From Octopus vulgaris (Eukaryota), in assembly GCA_951406725.2 (NCBI GenBank), contig OX597831.1, forward strand, positions 4,836,001-4,900,000: 64,000 nucleotides of DNA, read 5' to 3'. Under the pieces are notes generated by a model. The model made no database searches, had not been told where the DNA came from, and worked only from the letters and a program-made list of their open reading frames with translations. This document shows, piece by piece, positions 42,850 through 58,467 of the stretch. How positions within the stretch are numbered: the first letter of the stretch is position 1; every line of letters begins with the position of its first letter. The position numbers were made by a program, and so were the translations under genes.

Positions 42850-43160
42850 TGTTGTATAGGGGGTTCCTCCCTCTGGTGTGATGTGTGACTGCCGTTGTAC
42901 GGTAGTTGCTATTTTATGTTAGTAGCCACAATAGTTACTAGTCATCGGATACCATTGTATCTCTTGGTACCGGAATAGTAATACACTAACTTCCTCAGCA
43001 TTACTAACACTGATAGCTCCACAAAATACCGATAAGAACTGTTGACTCTCAACTCTTCGACTCTCGACCCTCTCTTGACGGCCGGCTACTGGTCTATTTA
43101 TAATGGCTGAGTCCTACCACTTTTAACTGGGAGTGTGGTATACAGTTTCACTATATAACA
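42850..43160 (-). mobile_element. Solo LTR (311 bp) inserted in a SINE head
   Basis: TGTTGTATAG...CTATATAACA termini (TG..CA, 9/10 inverted match); 5-bp TSD CTTGG/CTTAG; TATAAATAG on the - strand near 43100. Confidence 0.72.
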
Positions 43161-44721
43161 CTTAGTAACAACGAGACTCTAGGTTCGATCTACGTGCGTG
43201 GTACTCTGGAGAAATGTCATGTTTTGTAGCCTCGAGTCGACTTATACACTATGACTGTAACTGAACAGACGGAAACTGTACAGAAGCCCGCTAGATAGAC
43301 TGCACTCGTGATTCAAATGTCTCACTTACCATACACTGTGCTACATTGATTCTGCCTATAAATTATGCTAAAGGCCCACCCTTCTGTTGAAATACTCAGG
43401 TGTTTAGATGTTAACTCAATAGAGAGTATTTCAGGTAATCAAACAATTGAATCCTCATCGCGGAACGACGGAGACCCACGGTTTTACTTGTTTGTTATAA
43501 TTATGACCATTCCTCTTAGTTTTAATTCTTTTTTATTCTGGACAACTTAGTTATCTCTCACGTTTCTGTGACTCCAATCTTTCCCGCTTCTGTCCGCTAT
43601 ATTCTTTATCTTTTATAACGAAATATTATTTAGCACCACATTTTCAGTTGCTAAGAGAATACAAACATGGAGAAAGGGCTTTTAACTCACTCATATCACG
43701 AGGAATTAATATGTGGTGATGTGGAATTTCCCTTGTAGAATCTCTTAATCTATGTTTGGATTTAAGAGCGAGGTTTTATAAGATTCTTTGTTACTCAGAG
43801 GAGCTATTTCGGCTGGTTCTAGATAAGTTTCAATAAACTGTTAATGTTATTTCACAATCTGTTTGCTTCTAGCGACAATTTCTTCAGTTCTTATAGCATA
43901 TACAGCATGTGTGCGTACATATTTCTGTGTTTATAGGAGTTTGTGAGACTATGCGCTACATATTTATGAATGCGAACGTTTACATACATACGCAAATACG
44001 CACGCATATATCTGACTTTATGAGAATGTGTGCGTGAAGCAGAATGGGAAGGAATAAGTTCCTCCCAGGTTTATATTTGTAGAAATTTTCTTGAGAATGT
44101 CTGCTGCTGCTACTGGAGGAATACACAACTATTTATGTTCATCTATAGATTTATGACTGTGTGGTTAAGAATCTCACTTTGTAACAATGTGGTCTCGAGT
44201 TCGGTTCCACTGCGTGGCACATTTGGCAAATGTCTTATACTACAGCTACGCAATGTCCAATGACTTTTGACTGAGTTTACAGATGGAAACTGTGTGAAAC
44301 CCCCAGCACACACACAAATACGCACGCATATATACCTATATATATATATTCTTTTCTTGTTTCAGTAATTTGTCTCCCATTTTAGAGCACTGCCTTTAAG
44401 GGCATTTTAATCAAAGAAATTGGCCTCAGGACTTATTCCTTGTATGCCTAGTACTTATTCTATCGGCCTATTTTGCCGGACAGCATAGTTACGGGGACGT
44501 AAACACACCAACATCAGTTGTCAAGTAATGCTGGGTTTGACAAACACAGACTCAAACACGCACATAAATATACTATATATAATATTTGTAAATAAGCCAG
44601 ATAAGTTTTGTAGGTTAACGCATCATTTTTCGGCCATTTGTATTCAAAAATTATCGCTTCGAAGCGGAGAATAAATATTATTAGGATATATATTTATGCA
44701 GTTATAAAAAAAAAAAAAAAA

Positions 44722-45040
44722 GACTCCGCCGGTTACGACGACGAGGGTCCCAGCTGATACGATCAACGGAACACCTTGCTCGTGAAATTAACGTGCAAAT
44801 GGCTGAGCATTCCACAGACACGTGTACCCTTAACGTAGTTCTCAGGGATAATCAGCGTGACACAGAGAGTGACAAGGCTGACCCTTTGAAATACAAGTAC
44901 AACTCATTTTTGCCAGCTGAGTGGACTGGAGCAACGTGAAATAAAGTGTCTTGCTCAAGGACACAACGCGTCGCCGGGAATCGAACTCACAACCTTACGA
45001 TCATGAGCCGAATGCCCTAACCACTAAGCCACGCGCCCTC
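44722..45040 (-). mobile_element. CORE-like SINE sharing the family D tail (second copy 50047-50354 +)
   Basis: tRNA-like head; gtccttgagcaagacacttt...ccactcagctg CORE-like block; same 3' tail as 20549-20930. Confidence 0.8.
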
Positions 45041-45048
45041 TATGCAGT

Positions 45049-45088
<40 letters not shown>

Positions 45089-45102
45089 ATAGATAGTATA
45101 AT

Positions 45103-45432
45103 CCCCTTCCGTCACGAATGACCATGGGATTGCACCTAGAAAGTTACCCTCCAAGGCACAAGTCCGGGAAAGGTTTTTATAGAAGACCAACAGCGGCCCA
45201 TGCATACCAGGCTCCCCTCTCCACACCACTGAGGTTATCTAAAGGAAAAGGTAAAAGTCGATACAGGTTGGCACCTTTGACGTCGCAACTCATTTCTACA
45301 GCTGAGTGAACTGGAGCAACGCGAAATAAATTGTTTTGCTCAAGAACACAATATTGCCCGGTCTGGGAATCCAACTCCCAACCTTGTGATTGTGTGCTCG
45401 ACGCTCTAATCACTGAGTTATGTACTTTCACT
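45103..45432 (-). mobile_element. CORE-like SINE family E with a different tail (second copy 62183-62519 +)
   Basis: Same head and central block as 44722-45040, then ctggtatgcatgg...ggacttgtg...cccatggt.attc.tgac.gaaggg. Confidence 0.8.
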
Positions 45433-45571
45433 GTACAATAGATGCATACAAATATATATGCATTTATACATACATAGGTGGGTATATGTAATGTACCTAT
45501 AGCAACTTTCTTAACATAGCTTCACATTTCTATTCAAAAATTTGGAGACATCGATCTCCTGAGCAATATTG

Positions 45572-46496
45572 GCTTCAAATTTTGGCACAAGGCCAGCAAA
45601 TTGGGGGAGGTGGGGAATAGTCGATTACATCGATCCTAGTGCTCAACTGGTACTTATTTTATCGACCCCGAAAGGATGAAAGGCAAAGTCAACCACGGCG
45701 GAAATTTGGACTCAGAACGTAAAATCGGAAGAAATGCCGCTAAGGATTTGTCCGGCGCGGTAACCATTCCGTCAGCTCGCCGATTTTCTACTGAGAAATA
45801 TTGTGCTGTAATTATTTTTGCAAAATTCTATATGGAATGGTGGCATGTGATGTTTGACGTCACGTGTGTTCTTACTGTAGCTTTGAAAAGTTGAGGAAAT
45901 AATCTGGTGGCGAATTTAATAGTCTTTTAGTACAGTATTGACGTAGGGTTCAAATCCTGCTTTCATCCGTCCTGAGTCAGTAAAGTATGAGCCAAATAGT
46001 AAGGTCGATGGTAGTAAGGTCGAGTTATCCCCTCCCCTTAAACCTGCTGCTAAATGTCTAAATTACTAGTCAAAGGGGCAGTGAGCTGGCAGAATCGTTA
46101 GACAGTCGAGCAAAATGCTTTTCGTCCGTCTTTACGGTCTGAGTTCAAATTCCACCGAGGTCGATTTGAGCTTTAACCCTTTCGGAGTTGACAATATAAA
46201 TATCAGGCAAGCACTGGGGCCGGTGTAATCGACTTAACCCCCACCAAAGACAATTTCAGGTCCTCTGCCTATAACAGAAAGAATTCTACATAGCGAATTA
46301 TTTGCTCGCCGGACAGAATGCTTAGCAGCATTTCGCCCGTCTCTAAGTTCTGAGTTCAAATTCCGACGAGGTCGACTTTTCCTTTCATCCTTTTGGGGTC
46401 GATAAATTAAGTACCAGTGAAACACTGGGATCGATGTAATCGACTCATACTCTCCCCTAAAGTGGCTGCCCTTGTGGCAAAATTTGAATCATTATC

Positions 46497-46567
<71 letters not shown>

Positions 46568-46582
46568 TATCATTGTTATTAA

Positions 46583-46636
<54 letters not shown>

Positions 46637-46793
46637 CATTATTATTATTATTATATTCAAATTCCGTCGAGGTCGACTTTGCCTTTCATCCTTTCTGGGT
46701 CGATAAATTATGTACCAGTGAAATACTGAGGTCGATGCAATCGACTAATCCCCTCCCTACTAAATCTGAGGCCTTGTGCCTCCAGCAGAAAGA

Positions 46794-46865
<72 letters not shown>

Positions 46866-47004
46866 TTATGTTTGACTTTTGCTTTACATTTGTACAAGTT
46901 GGCTCCAAGCCTCACCCAGAGACCTCAAGAGACAACAGGGTTGGAAGTTCATGTTGTTGTTATGCTTAGGGTGCCATATATTTGGTTTTGTACTCAGTGT
47001 TGTA

Positions 47005-47039
<35 letters not shown>

Positions 47040-47224
47040 GAAGGCGGCATGTTAGCACGCCGGGCAGAATGTTTAACGGTATTTCATCCGTCTTTACGTT
47101 GCGAGTTCAAATTCCGCCGCGGCTGACTTTGCCTTTCACTCCTTCGAAATCGATAAATTGAATAATAAGTTGAATACTGAGGTCAATGAAATCGACTTAA
47201 CCACGCCCCCAAAATTTCCGGCCT
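45572..47224. mobile_element. Cluster of about six SINE B copies interleaved with (TCA)n/(TTA)n
   Basis: - copy 45572-45781; + copies near 45945, 46075, 46305, 46655 and 47043. Confidence 0.8.
46862..47008 (-). mobile_element. Short 3' UTR-like insertion within (TAA)n, probably a 5'-truncated Dong-like element
   Basis: Unique 145 bp flanked by (TTA)n on both sides; on the - strand it runs ...gaggtctctgggtgaggcttgg...cataaaa into (TAA)n. Dong elements target TAA repeats. Confidence 0.4.
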
Positions 47225-47245
47225 TATTATCATTATTATTATTAT

Positions 47246-47520
<275 letters not shown>

Positions 47521-48357
47521 ACTTTAGAGCACCGCACTAAATGCCTTAAGTAATCGAATTTTCTTTTATATTCTATGGTGGGGTTGTTTTTTCTCCCCCC
47601 CCCCATCTCCACGCCACTCTTCAATTTCGCTGTTTCGCCCTGCAATAAAACTCGAGATACCGGTTTAGTTTCGCTCCACTACATCTCTTACATGGACAAA
47701 ATTGACCACCTCCTCGCGCCTGTTGGTCAAAAAGATATTTATGTTTCTAGGACGATGACCAATTAAACGCGCGGAAGAAGAAGAAGAAGAAAAAAAAAGT
47801 GTAACGCTAACTCGCGCATGCGTAGCATGAACTCATTAATAAATGAATAAATTAAATAAAAGAAAGAGATAAATAAATGTTTTTATGTACAACAAACCGA
47901 TTCCTTTCAGGAATCGAACAGATAAGAGAAATATGTCAAATGATTTGTTTTTATATATATCCTTGGGCCATAAACTTAGTTTTGCGGCTGCTGATATGAC
48001 TGCCAATAATTATAACATGATATCCAGTGACATTTTATCACACTTTAGGGTAACATTGAGAAATAGAAACTGGTTTTTATTTGGTTTCACTAGCAACTAC
48101 AAAAGTACTTCCCCACCTCTCACCCACATGCACCCACCAACCCACCACCTCCCACCACAAACACAATAACCTCGTCACCGCCACCGCCATCGTCGTCGCA
48201 GCCGCAGTCGCCGCCGCCACCACAATCATTTCTGTGCATACTACAAAATAGCTGTAATTTTTGAGTTACCAGTCGTCCACTTTTATTTTCTCTGTTCGTA
48301 TATTATCTGTCGTTTTATTTCCCGCTATTTTCTCGTTCCCTTGAGAAATAGTGAGAA

Positions 48358-48390
<33 letters not shown>

Positions 48391-48560
48391 CGGGAAGAGT
48401 GAGGGTGTGCGTGGGGAGGACGTAGCGGGGGGGATGGGGGTGAAAGAAGAAAGATATAGAGAGGAGAAACAGAGGTGGGTGGATGAGTAAATAGATGTAA
48501 GGAGCTGCAGCGAATACTCTAGAAAAAGAAGAGTCGGGAAAAGGATGAAGAGGATAATAA

Positions 48561-48591
<31 letters not shown>

Positions 48592-48598
48592 TGATAAA

Positions 48599-48657
<59 letters not shown>

Positions 48658-48670
48658 TAATAATAATAAT

Positions 48671-48737
<67 letters not shown>

Positions 48738-49204
48738 GTAATGATGATATGAAGAAGAAGAAGAAGAAGAAAGAGACAACATGTCATGTGATATTTAATA
48801 TAATTCACGACATCTTTAGTTTCACTTTCGCGTTAAACATAACAAGAAAATGTCGGAAAACGAGGAAGGCGCGGGTTGGCGCTATTACTGTAAACAGCGT
48901 ACAGTGTTCACTGACAGACGTTCTATCGGTGACTGCCATAAAATATATCAACACAAACACACTGATACACACAAACATATATATATGTGTGTGTGTGTGT
49001 GTACGTGTTTGTGACTCTGTGTGTGTGTGAGAGAGAATGTGCGTGAGAGTGTGTGTGTGTGTAAAGATAGATTTTTATTTGTTAATATGAAGTAGGATGA
49101 TATTGGTGCGCGGTGTACGGTACAGGGGTAGAAGACGGTCAATGCTTAATATGAAAGATAGTCGCTACAATTGGTAAGAAAATTATAGCTTGCATTGGAA
49201 CACG

Positions 49205-49242
<38 letters not shown>

Positions 49243-50556
49243 ATGCATGCACGTGCATCCACATATATACATTTATATGTATATCAGGGAAGTAGCTAGA
49301 TATATGCTTATATATATATGTTTAATATGTTTAATGTTTATCATCATCGGCATTATCATCAGGTTAGAGGTTCACAGCAATGAGGGAAAAGAAAACCTGA
49401 ACGTTAAAGTAAATTACTCCTAAATGTGTTTTTCTCACTTCTGTGAAACTCTAAGTATTGCAGTTCAGAAGCCAAACATTTAATAGAAATAAAAGAATTG
49501 CACGAAATCTATTGGGTCCTTATTTCGTTCATTTCTACACCCTTACAAAAATATTTAGATATATATATATATACTTGCTTGCATCCTTACATGCATAGGT
49601 ATTCATCTACATTACATTAAAAATGAACTTCAATCTTGCTTGCTTGCAATGTTACGCAGCCAAACTGAATAATAGGAAAATACTTTGAAAATAAAGTGTC
49701 CTTGAAATGTGAATACAAACGGAATGAAACAAGTTTCGCGTAAATCGGACAAGTGGTTATTGAGATATTCGGGGGTTTAGGGTGTATAAATACCCAAAAT
49801 GGTGCATAATGGGAAAATACTTCGAAAATAACTTAACCCTGAAAGGGAAGAAACTTCCATTAGACACATTATGATGGGCAAAATATTTTTAAATGAAAAT
49901 TACTTTAGAAATACGGCAAATATTTCATAAAAGACCCGTTCGTAACCTCGGTGTGAAATAGTTTTTATTTCCATAGGTTTCTCAGAAATGAGTTCAATAA
50001 TTATGAGATACCTTTGAATTTGCTTTTCGATATGTATTTACGTGTGAAGGCGCGTGGCTTAGTGATTAGGTTTTCGACTCACGATTGTAAGGTCGAGAGT
50101 TCAATTCAGGGTGACGCGTTGTGACTTTGAGCAAGACACTATATTTCAGGCCACACAGCTGACAAAAATGAGTTATACATGTAATTCAAAGGGACAACCT
50201 TGTCACATTCCGTGTCACACTGAATCTCCCTGAGAACTACGTTAAGGGTACACGTAACTGTGGAGTGCTCAGCCACTTGCACATTAATTTCAAGAGCAGG
50301 CTGTTCTGTTGATCGTATCAGCTGGGATCCTCGTTGTCTTAACCGATGGAGTGTAAGTATACATTTACGTAATAGCCCAGGATAGAGAAGATCTTCATAT
50401 AGAGCTAGTGGTAAGAAACCGTCACGAGAACTAACATGTTGAGTTCTTCAGAGAAGAAAACCAGCATCAGGCAAGTTATTCGGCCCTTAAGTTCTTACCC
50501 TCTAAAGGGGTAGGGCTGCATCCAGGTCATAAATCCTGGGTACTATTCTAATGACT

Positions 50557-50608
<52 letters not shown>

Positions 50609-50631
50609 CATACATACATATATAAATATAC

Positions 50632-50677
<46 letters not shown>

Positions 50678-50836
50678 ATACAGCTTGGCATATATGTATA
50701 TTTATATATGTGATGTATGGAGCATATATAAAGTGCCTTGCTAAGAACACAACACGCATATAACCACTGAGCCATGCGCCTATATATATATATATATACA
50801 TACATACATACATACATACATACATACATACATACA

Positions 50837-50868
<32 letters not shown>

Positions 50869-51054
50869 AAAGTAGATAAATGGTACAACAAGGCACCAAT
50901 ATTTACTGGAAAATAACAATCGTAATAAATACGATGCTATTGTATAGCTTCACTGCGTATATACTAGCAAAGGCGTGTGTGTGCAACAAACATGAAAAAA
51001 ATTTTTCTTACCTCTAGGAAGAACATTCGATAAATGGACAACATAGAATCGGAT

Positions 51055-51116
51055 AATGCAGGACCGGTTTCTAACTGTTCAAATACGTTTGACAACGTAA
51101 CTTCATCAGCTGCATT
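51055..51116 (-). ncRNA. Type I hammerhead-like motif (distinct family)
   Basis: Reverse complement: aatgcag-CTGATGA-(31 nt)-GAAAC-CG-GTC-ctgcatt. Perfect 7-bp helix I and palindromic ACCGGT helix III; the base of helix II is degenerate. Confidence 0.7.
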
Positions 51117-51391
51117 TACCTAGACAAAATTTCAAATGTTGCCACATCAATGCCAGTACACTCGTCTGAACGCCAAAATGCTATATATATATATATATGT
51201 CAAGAGTTCCAGATGAACGTACATCTAGGCAAGAAACACAAAAGTGGTCAGCAACATCAAACTACCCCATCCTCCAAATGTCACCAGAGGAAGTTTAGTG
51301 AAAGTGTAGCAAATAAACGGTGGTGCCCCAGTGTGTCCGCAGTCCTTGGACTGAAACTAGGAAAATATATTAATATATAAATAAATATATA

Positions 51392-51443
<52 letters not shown>

Positions 51444-51446
<3 letters not shown>

Positions 51447-52342
51447 CTTAGAATAACTTAGAAAGGTTTTTGGCCAGTATTGGCCCAGGCCATGTCTAAC
51501 TTAATAGCACCACCTGGCGAAGTCTTTCAGTTCAGGATTTGGGCACCAAGGCCCATTCGAGCAGAGAGTTATTGTTTGCGGAGACATATCCGGGTGTGGA
51601 TGGTTTGTCCGGTACTGTTTGAAGGAATTTGTCCAAAGACTTCTTGAATTTTGTGTGGTCAGTTTCTTTTTTGACGTGTCCTGGTGTAATGTTGAAGAGA
51701 GCGGGTCCAATTGAGGTGAAATAGTTGTGCCGTATTGTCGTTATGTGATGCGATTTAGATTTTTGTTGTGGACGGATGGCACGTGGTCCAAGCCTTGGAT
51801 GCTTAAGAAAATTAAGTCTAAGACGTTTTTGTGACATCTCGTTGGTTCGAGTACCAGTTGGGACAAGAAGAAGTCATCCATGAAGTCAAGAAGCGATTCC
51901 ACTGCCTCCCTGTCAGGGGTTGAGAGAGAAGAACCTGGCGGCAGACTGTTTATAGACCAGTCAACCCCGGGAAGGTTGAAATCTCCCATCATTAAAATGT
52001 TGTCAGGTTGACACTGCTGAATGAAACACTTTATGCTGTTGAGGCATTCCTTGAAGCATGGTAGGGGCGTTTGGGGTGGTCTGTAGAGCCCAACTACTGT
52101 TAAGTTGTTGGTTTGACTGAATACAGCGACTGCTTCGCAGTATCCATTCGAAAATATGTTCATGGCTTCTGTTGAGAATGAATCATAGACATAAATGGCA
52201 GTCCCACCCTTTCTTCTGCCAACACGATCAGCACGAATGGTTTTGAAATTTTTAACTTTCACCTCGGCTTCCAAGTGGAGGTCACTAAGATGGGTTTCAG
52301 TGAGGACGAAGAAAGGGATGTGGTTTGGATGGGCCTCGACCC
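51444..52342 (-). mobile_element. Internally deleted CR1/L2-group LINE: APE endonuclease joined to the ORF2 C-terminus and 3' UTR
   Basis: LTETHL...RADR.GRRKGGTAIYV...LYRPP...MGDFNLPGVDW...LSQLVLEPTR..NVLDLIF, then GPALFN...FKKSLDKFLQTVPD. The 3' end has a tggcc/ggcca hairpin and (TTCTAAGTTA)2. No RT motifs. Confidence 0.85.
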
Positions 52343-52553
52343 ATATATATATATAAATAGGTGAATGAATTATCCTATGTTTATCGTCAGCATGGAAAAT
52401 TCGCTTAACCGAAACCTGGGTAGCAAATTCACGTCAGAAACACGGTTGAAGCGACCTGTCCAAGGGTAGAAACTCCAGGTTCATGTGCAGAAATTTGTGT
52501 GTTGTATATGAATAAATGAAAGAATGGAGTCGAACGAAGATGTTAACAAACTT

Positions 52554-52647
52554 CCTTTACTCTCGACATATGTTTCGAAGACAACGTGGTTTCATTCCAA
52601 AGGAATAAAGGGTGCATTATGCAATCTTCTTATCAGGAAAGAAAGGG
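52554..52647 (-). ncRNA. Hammerhead ribozyme, family X copy with G8A core change (probably inactive)
   Basis: Same fold as 53451-53542, but the core reads CTGATAA. Confidence 0.7.
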
Positions 52648-52793
52648 AGCCTCTCTCGACAACAAGACAAACAAAAATTTCGATGACTGCCTACATGGTA
52701 AACAAAACGATAATGAGTGTTTTTTTAATACCTAGACAAAATTTCAAATGTTGCCACATCAATGCCATGTACACTCGTCTGAACGCCAAAACG

Positions 52794-52834
<41 letters not shown>

Positions 52835-52999
52835 AAGAGTTCCAGATGAACGTACATCTAGGCAAGAAACGCAAAAGTGGTCAGCAACATCAAACTACCC
52901 CATCCTCCAAATGTCACTAGAGGAAGTGTAGTGAAAGTGTAGCAAAGTAAACGGTGGTGCCCCAGTGTGTCCGCAGTCCTTGGATTGAACTAGGGAATA

Positions 53000-53115
<116 letters not shown>

Positions 53116-53450
53116 CACACGCATATATATATGAACATATATATACATGTATATATATTCTTTTATTCTTTTATTCTTTTACTTGTTTCAGTCATTTTGA
53201 CTGTGTGCGGCCATGCTGAACACCGCCTTTAATATATATAAATTTATATATAAATAGGTGAATGAATTATCCTATGTTTATCGTCAGCATGGAAAATTCG
53301 TTTAACCGAAACCTGGGTAGCACATACACGTCAGAAACACGGTTGAAGCGACCTGTCCAAGGGTAGAAACTCCAGGTTCATGTGCAGAAATTTGTGTGTT
53401 GTATATGAATAAATGAAAGAATGGAGTCGAACGAAGATGTTAACAAAATT

Positions 53451-53542
53451 CCTTTACTCTCGACATATGTTTCGAAGACAACGTGTTTCATTCCAAAGGA
53501 ATAAAGGGTGCATTATGCAATCTTCTCATCAGGAAAGAAAGG
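53451..53542 (-). ncRNA. Type I hammerhead ribozyme, family X copy with intact core
   Basis: Reverse complement reads cctttctttc-CTGATGA-GAAGA...TCTTC-GAAAC-ATAT-GTC-gagagtaaagg. Confidence 0.8.
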
Positions 53543-53616
53543 AGCCTCTCTCGACAACAAGACAAACAAAAATTTCGATGAGTGCCTACATGGTAAACAA
53601 AACGATAATGAGTGTT

Positions 53617-53677
<61 letters not shown>

Positions 53678-54219
53678 CGTATGTATGTATTTATATGGCT
53701 GTTTGTATATATATGTATATATATATATAAGTATATAATGTATATATGTATGTATATGAATGTATGTAAATATAAATATGTATATGGATATAGGTATGTA
53801 TATCTATTCATGTATATGTTTATATATAAGTAGATGCATGCATCTGTTATGTCTATATATGTGTGTGTTATAGGTAGATAGAGAGAGATGTGTATTGTAT
53901 AATAAATTATATATTATATATATATATATATATTATACATATATATATTACATATCTATATATTGTAAATGTATATATTACATATATACATAGATAAATA
54001 TGTATATGTGTCTGTGTGTGTGTGTGCGCGCACGTATGTGTGTGTGTGTGTGTGTGTGTGTGTTTGTGCCGCTGAACAGATATGTATGTATGTAATATAT
54101 ACATATATAATATATATTCTGGGAAAACAATGGTCGAAACCTAAGACGACTAAGTCTTATACTGTCGCACATAAACATGCGCGCACACATGCACGTGCGA
54201 ATATGCTTGTGTGTATATT

Positions 54220-55298
<1,079 letters not shown>

Positions 55299-56244
55299 AT
55301 ATATTCATAATGTCGAACGCAAACATCGTTTTACTGAATTTGCCTTTCGTGAATCTTTTTTATCCACAGCGTAAACACACACACACACACACACACACAA
55401 TTGACCTCCCTTGCACTCACGCACACGCACAATCTATAATCATGCGCACACTGAGACACACATGCACACATGCATACATGCATACATGCACACACTGTTT
55501 CCTTTAATAAAGTTTTACTGTTAAACCGAGTAAACTGCACTCCGGAATCCCAACCACCACCACCACCCCGCCGTCGGCTTCCTTCTCTACCACACAACCA
55601 TCACCATCAACAACGACAATAACAACAACTTCGATTCAACCACCACCACCATCACCACCACAACAACAACAACAACAACAACAACAACTCCTCTTTCGGC
55701 TTTTATTGAGCAGAAAACCAGAAAGCAATCGGTTAGAGTAATTGCCTTCAATTGTTGTCTGTGAATCACCATTGTAATGGCGGACATCTCCGTTGGACGG
55801 CAAATGGCGGGAAACACAGTGCGGTAGAAGGGAAATGGCGGGGGGAGACAGCAATCTCATTTTCTTTTATTTGAAGGTTCAGCTTACGTTAGAGCTCTCG
55901 CTTAATCCAAATCGTCTGTACGTCCCTTGCTCCTTCTTCTCCCACGCTTTATCTCACCGCTCTTATTTCTCTCTCTCTCTCTCTCTCTCTTACACTTTAT
56001 CTCCTACTCGTTCCTTATTTCTTCTCCTCTTATTTTGCCTCACTCTTTCTCTGTCTGTCTGTCTGTCTGTCTATCTCTTTCTCCTTCTCTCTCTCTCTCT
56101 TTCTCCTTCTCTCTCTCACTCATGTCTCAGTCTCTCTGTCTGTGTCTCTTGCTTTATACATTTTTCTATTTCTATCTCTCTTTCTCTTTAGCTTTCCATG
56201 TGATCACATTATTCACATTATCTTGCTATCTATTTGCTTCCTTC

Positions 56245-56285
<41 letters not shown>

Positions 56286-56655
56286 GTATATATGTATGTA
56301 TATATGCATGTATATGTATATATATGTATATATATATATATATATATGCATATGTATGCATATATGCATATCTATATATATGTATATGTATGTATATCTG
56401 TATATATCTATACATATATGTATATATGTATATATACATACATGTGTGTGTATGTGTGTTTATATATGTATATATATATAAAAGTAAAAACTAGAATTTT
56501 ATATATATTTATTTATTCATATATATATATACATGTACATATATTTATAAATATACATATGTAACTATATATAGTATATATATAATATTTATTTATATAT
56601 GCGCATGTATGTATACACATACACATCTACGCATATTAAGCATACATACATGTAT

Positions 56656-56699
<44 letters not shown>

Positions 56700-56731
56700 A
56701 TGTATATATGTTTGTAAATGTAAAAATATAC

Positions 56732-56779
<48 letters not shown>

Positions 56780-56854
56780 TATTTATGCCTATATACATAC
56801 CGATATATAATACCTTCATACTTACCTACAGAGTCATGTATATACATGTCTGTA

Positions 56855-56889
<35 letters not shown>

Positions 56890-57561
56890 TTACGCGTAGA
56901 TGTATATAAAGACATACATACCAATTGCAATATATGTACACCTTGTTTTTGTCTTTCTATTTTCTGTTTTCCATTTTCTCTACCTTCGACATGGACTCAT
57001 TTGGAATCTTTTCCTTCCAGTTTTAATTTCTTTCTTTTTCCTCATCTTATTTCATTTCTCTTTTTTTTTTTTTTTTGCAATTGCCTCTCTCTGTCTGTCT
57101 ATCCCTCTCGCGCGCTCTCTCACACACTCGCGCACGCTTGTAAACTCCGGGACACGCAGCCACGTACATCAATACACGTAACATAATAAATCTCAAGTAG
57201 TCACACACATATACAGTTACCCGTAATAAGCATAAACAGCATGCAACATCTCTTCCTTCTAAACACGCACACACACACACGCACACACACACACACATAC
57301 ACACGCCCACGTACGCATATACACACACAGACACGTACTAGAGCGAAATGTCTCCTTGTATATGAAAGACAGCGACTGGGAAGGAACAGATACGGTTATA
57401 TATATATGCTCTTAGATATACTTTTATGCACTCCTACATGTGTGTTATCCATCCATCCACCCAGCCAGCCATGCATACATACATACATACATACATACAT
57501 ACATACATACATACATACATACATACATACATACATACATACATACATACATACATACAGA

Positions 57562-57928
57562 CGTGGCCCCTTGGGCAATTGTCTTCTACTATAGCCTCCG
57601 GCCGACCAAAGCCTTGTGAGTGTATTTGGTAGACGGAAACTGAAAGAAGCCCGTCGTAAATATGTATATATATATGTATATATATGCATATATATATATA
57701 TTATATGTAGGTGTGTGTATTTGTTTGTGTGTCTGTGTTTGTCCCCCTAGCATTGCTTGACAACCGACGCTGGTGTGTTTACGTCCCCTTAACTTAGCGG
57801 TTTGGCACAAGAGTCCGATAGAATAAGTACTAGGCTTACAAAGAATAAGTCTTGGGGTCGATTTGCTCGACTAAAGGCAGTGCTCCAGCATGGCCACAGT
57901 CAAAATGACTGAAACAAGTAGGTAAAAG
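57562..57928 (+). mobile_element. 5'-truncated SINE family A
   Basis: Body and tail homology. Confidence 0.85.
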
Positions 57929-57953
57929 CGTATATATATATATATACATAGAT

Positions 57954-58071
<118 letters not shown>

Positions 58072-58467
58072 ATCCTTTCATGTTATTACTTCGACAGCCT
58101 ATCTGCGTGTGCCAGCAATTATTTTTCGTCTGTATGTCTCTCTGTCTGTGTGACACAGCAATTTTTTCCCTACTCTCTGCGACTCCTAAATTTCCGTTTC
58201 CGGAACTTACCGTATGCCTACTTCATATCAGGATATTTAAATAAAATCAAGGCAGTTGAATAAATTCTTCTTGGGTGTTGGTGTGAGGGCGAAGCGAGCG
58301 ACTGAGTGTTATAAAGTTTATAAAAATTATTATTCCTCAGATAGATAGGGTGTGGCTCTAGTAAACCGCTGTGCTAGAAAAGTGAAAAATAATAGACAAC
58401 TCACCACGCAGAGGAGGTGACAACTGTATTCCAAGGACTAAATCTCTTAGTATTGTTGTCTCCTAAG

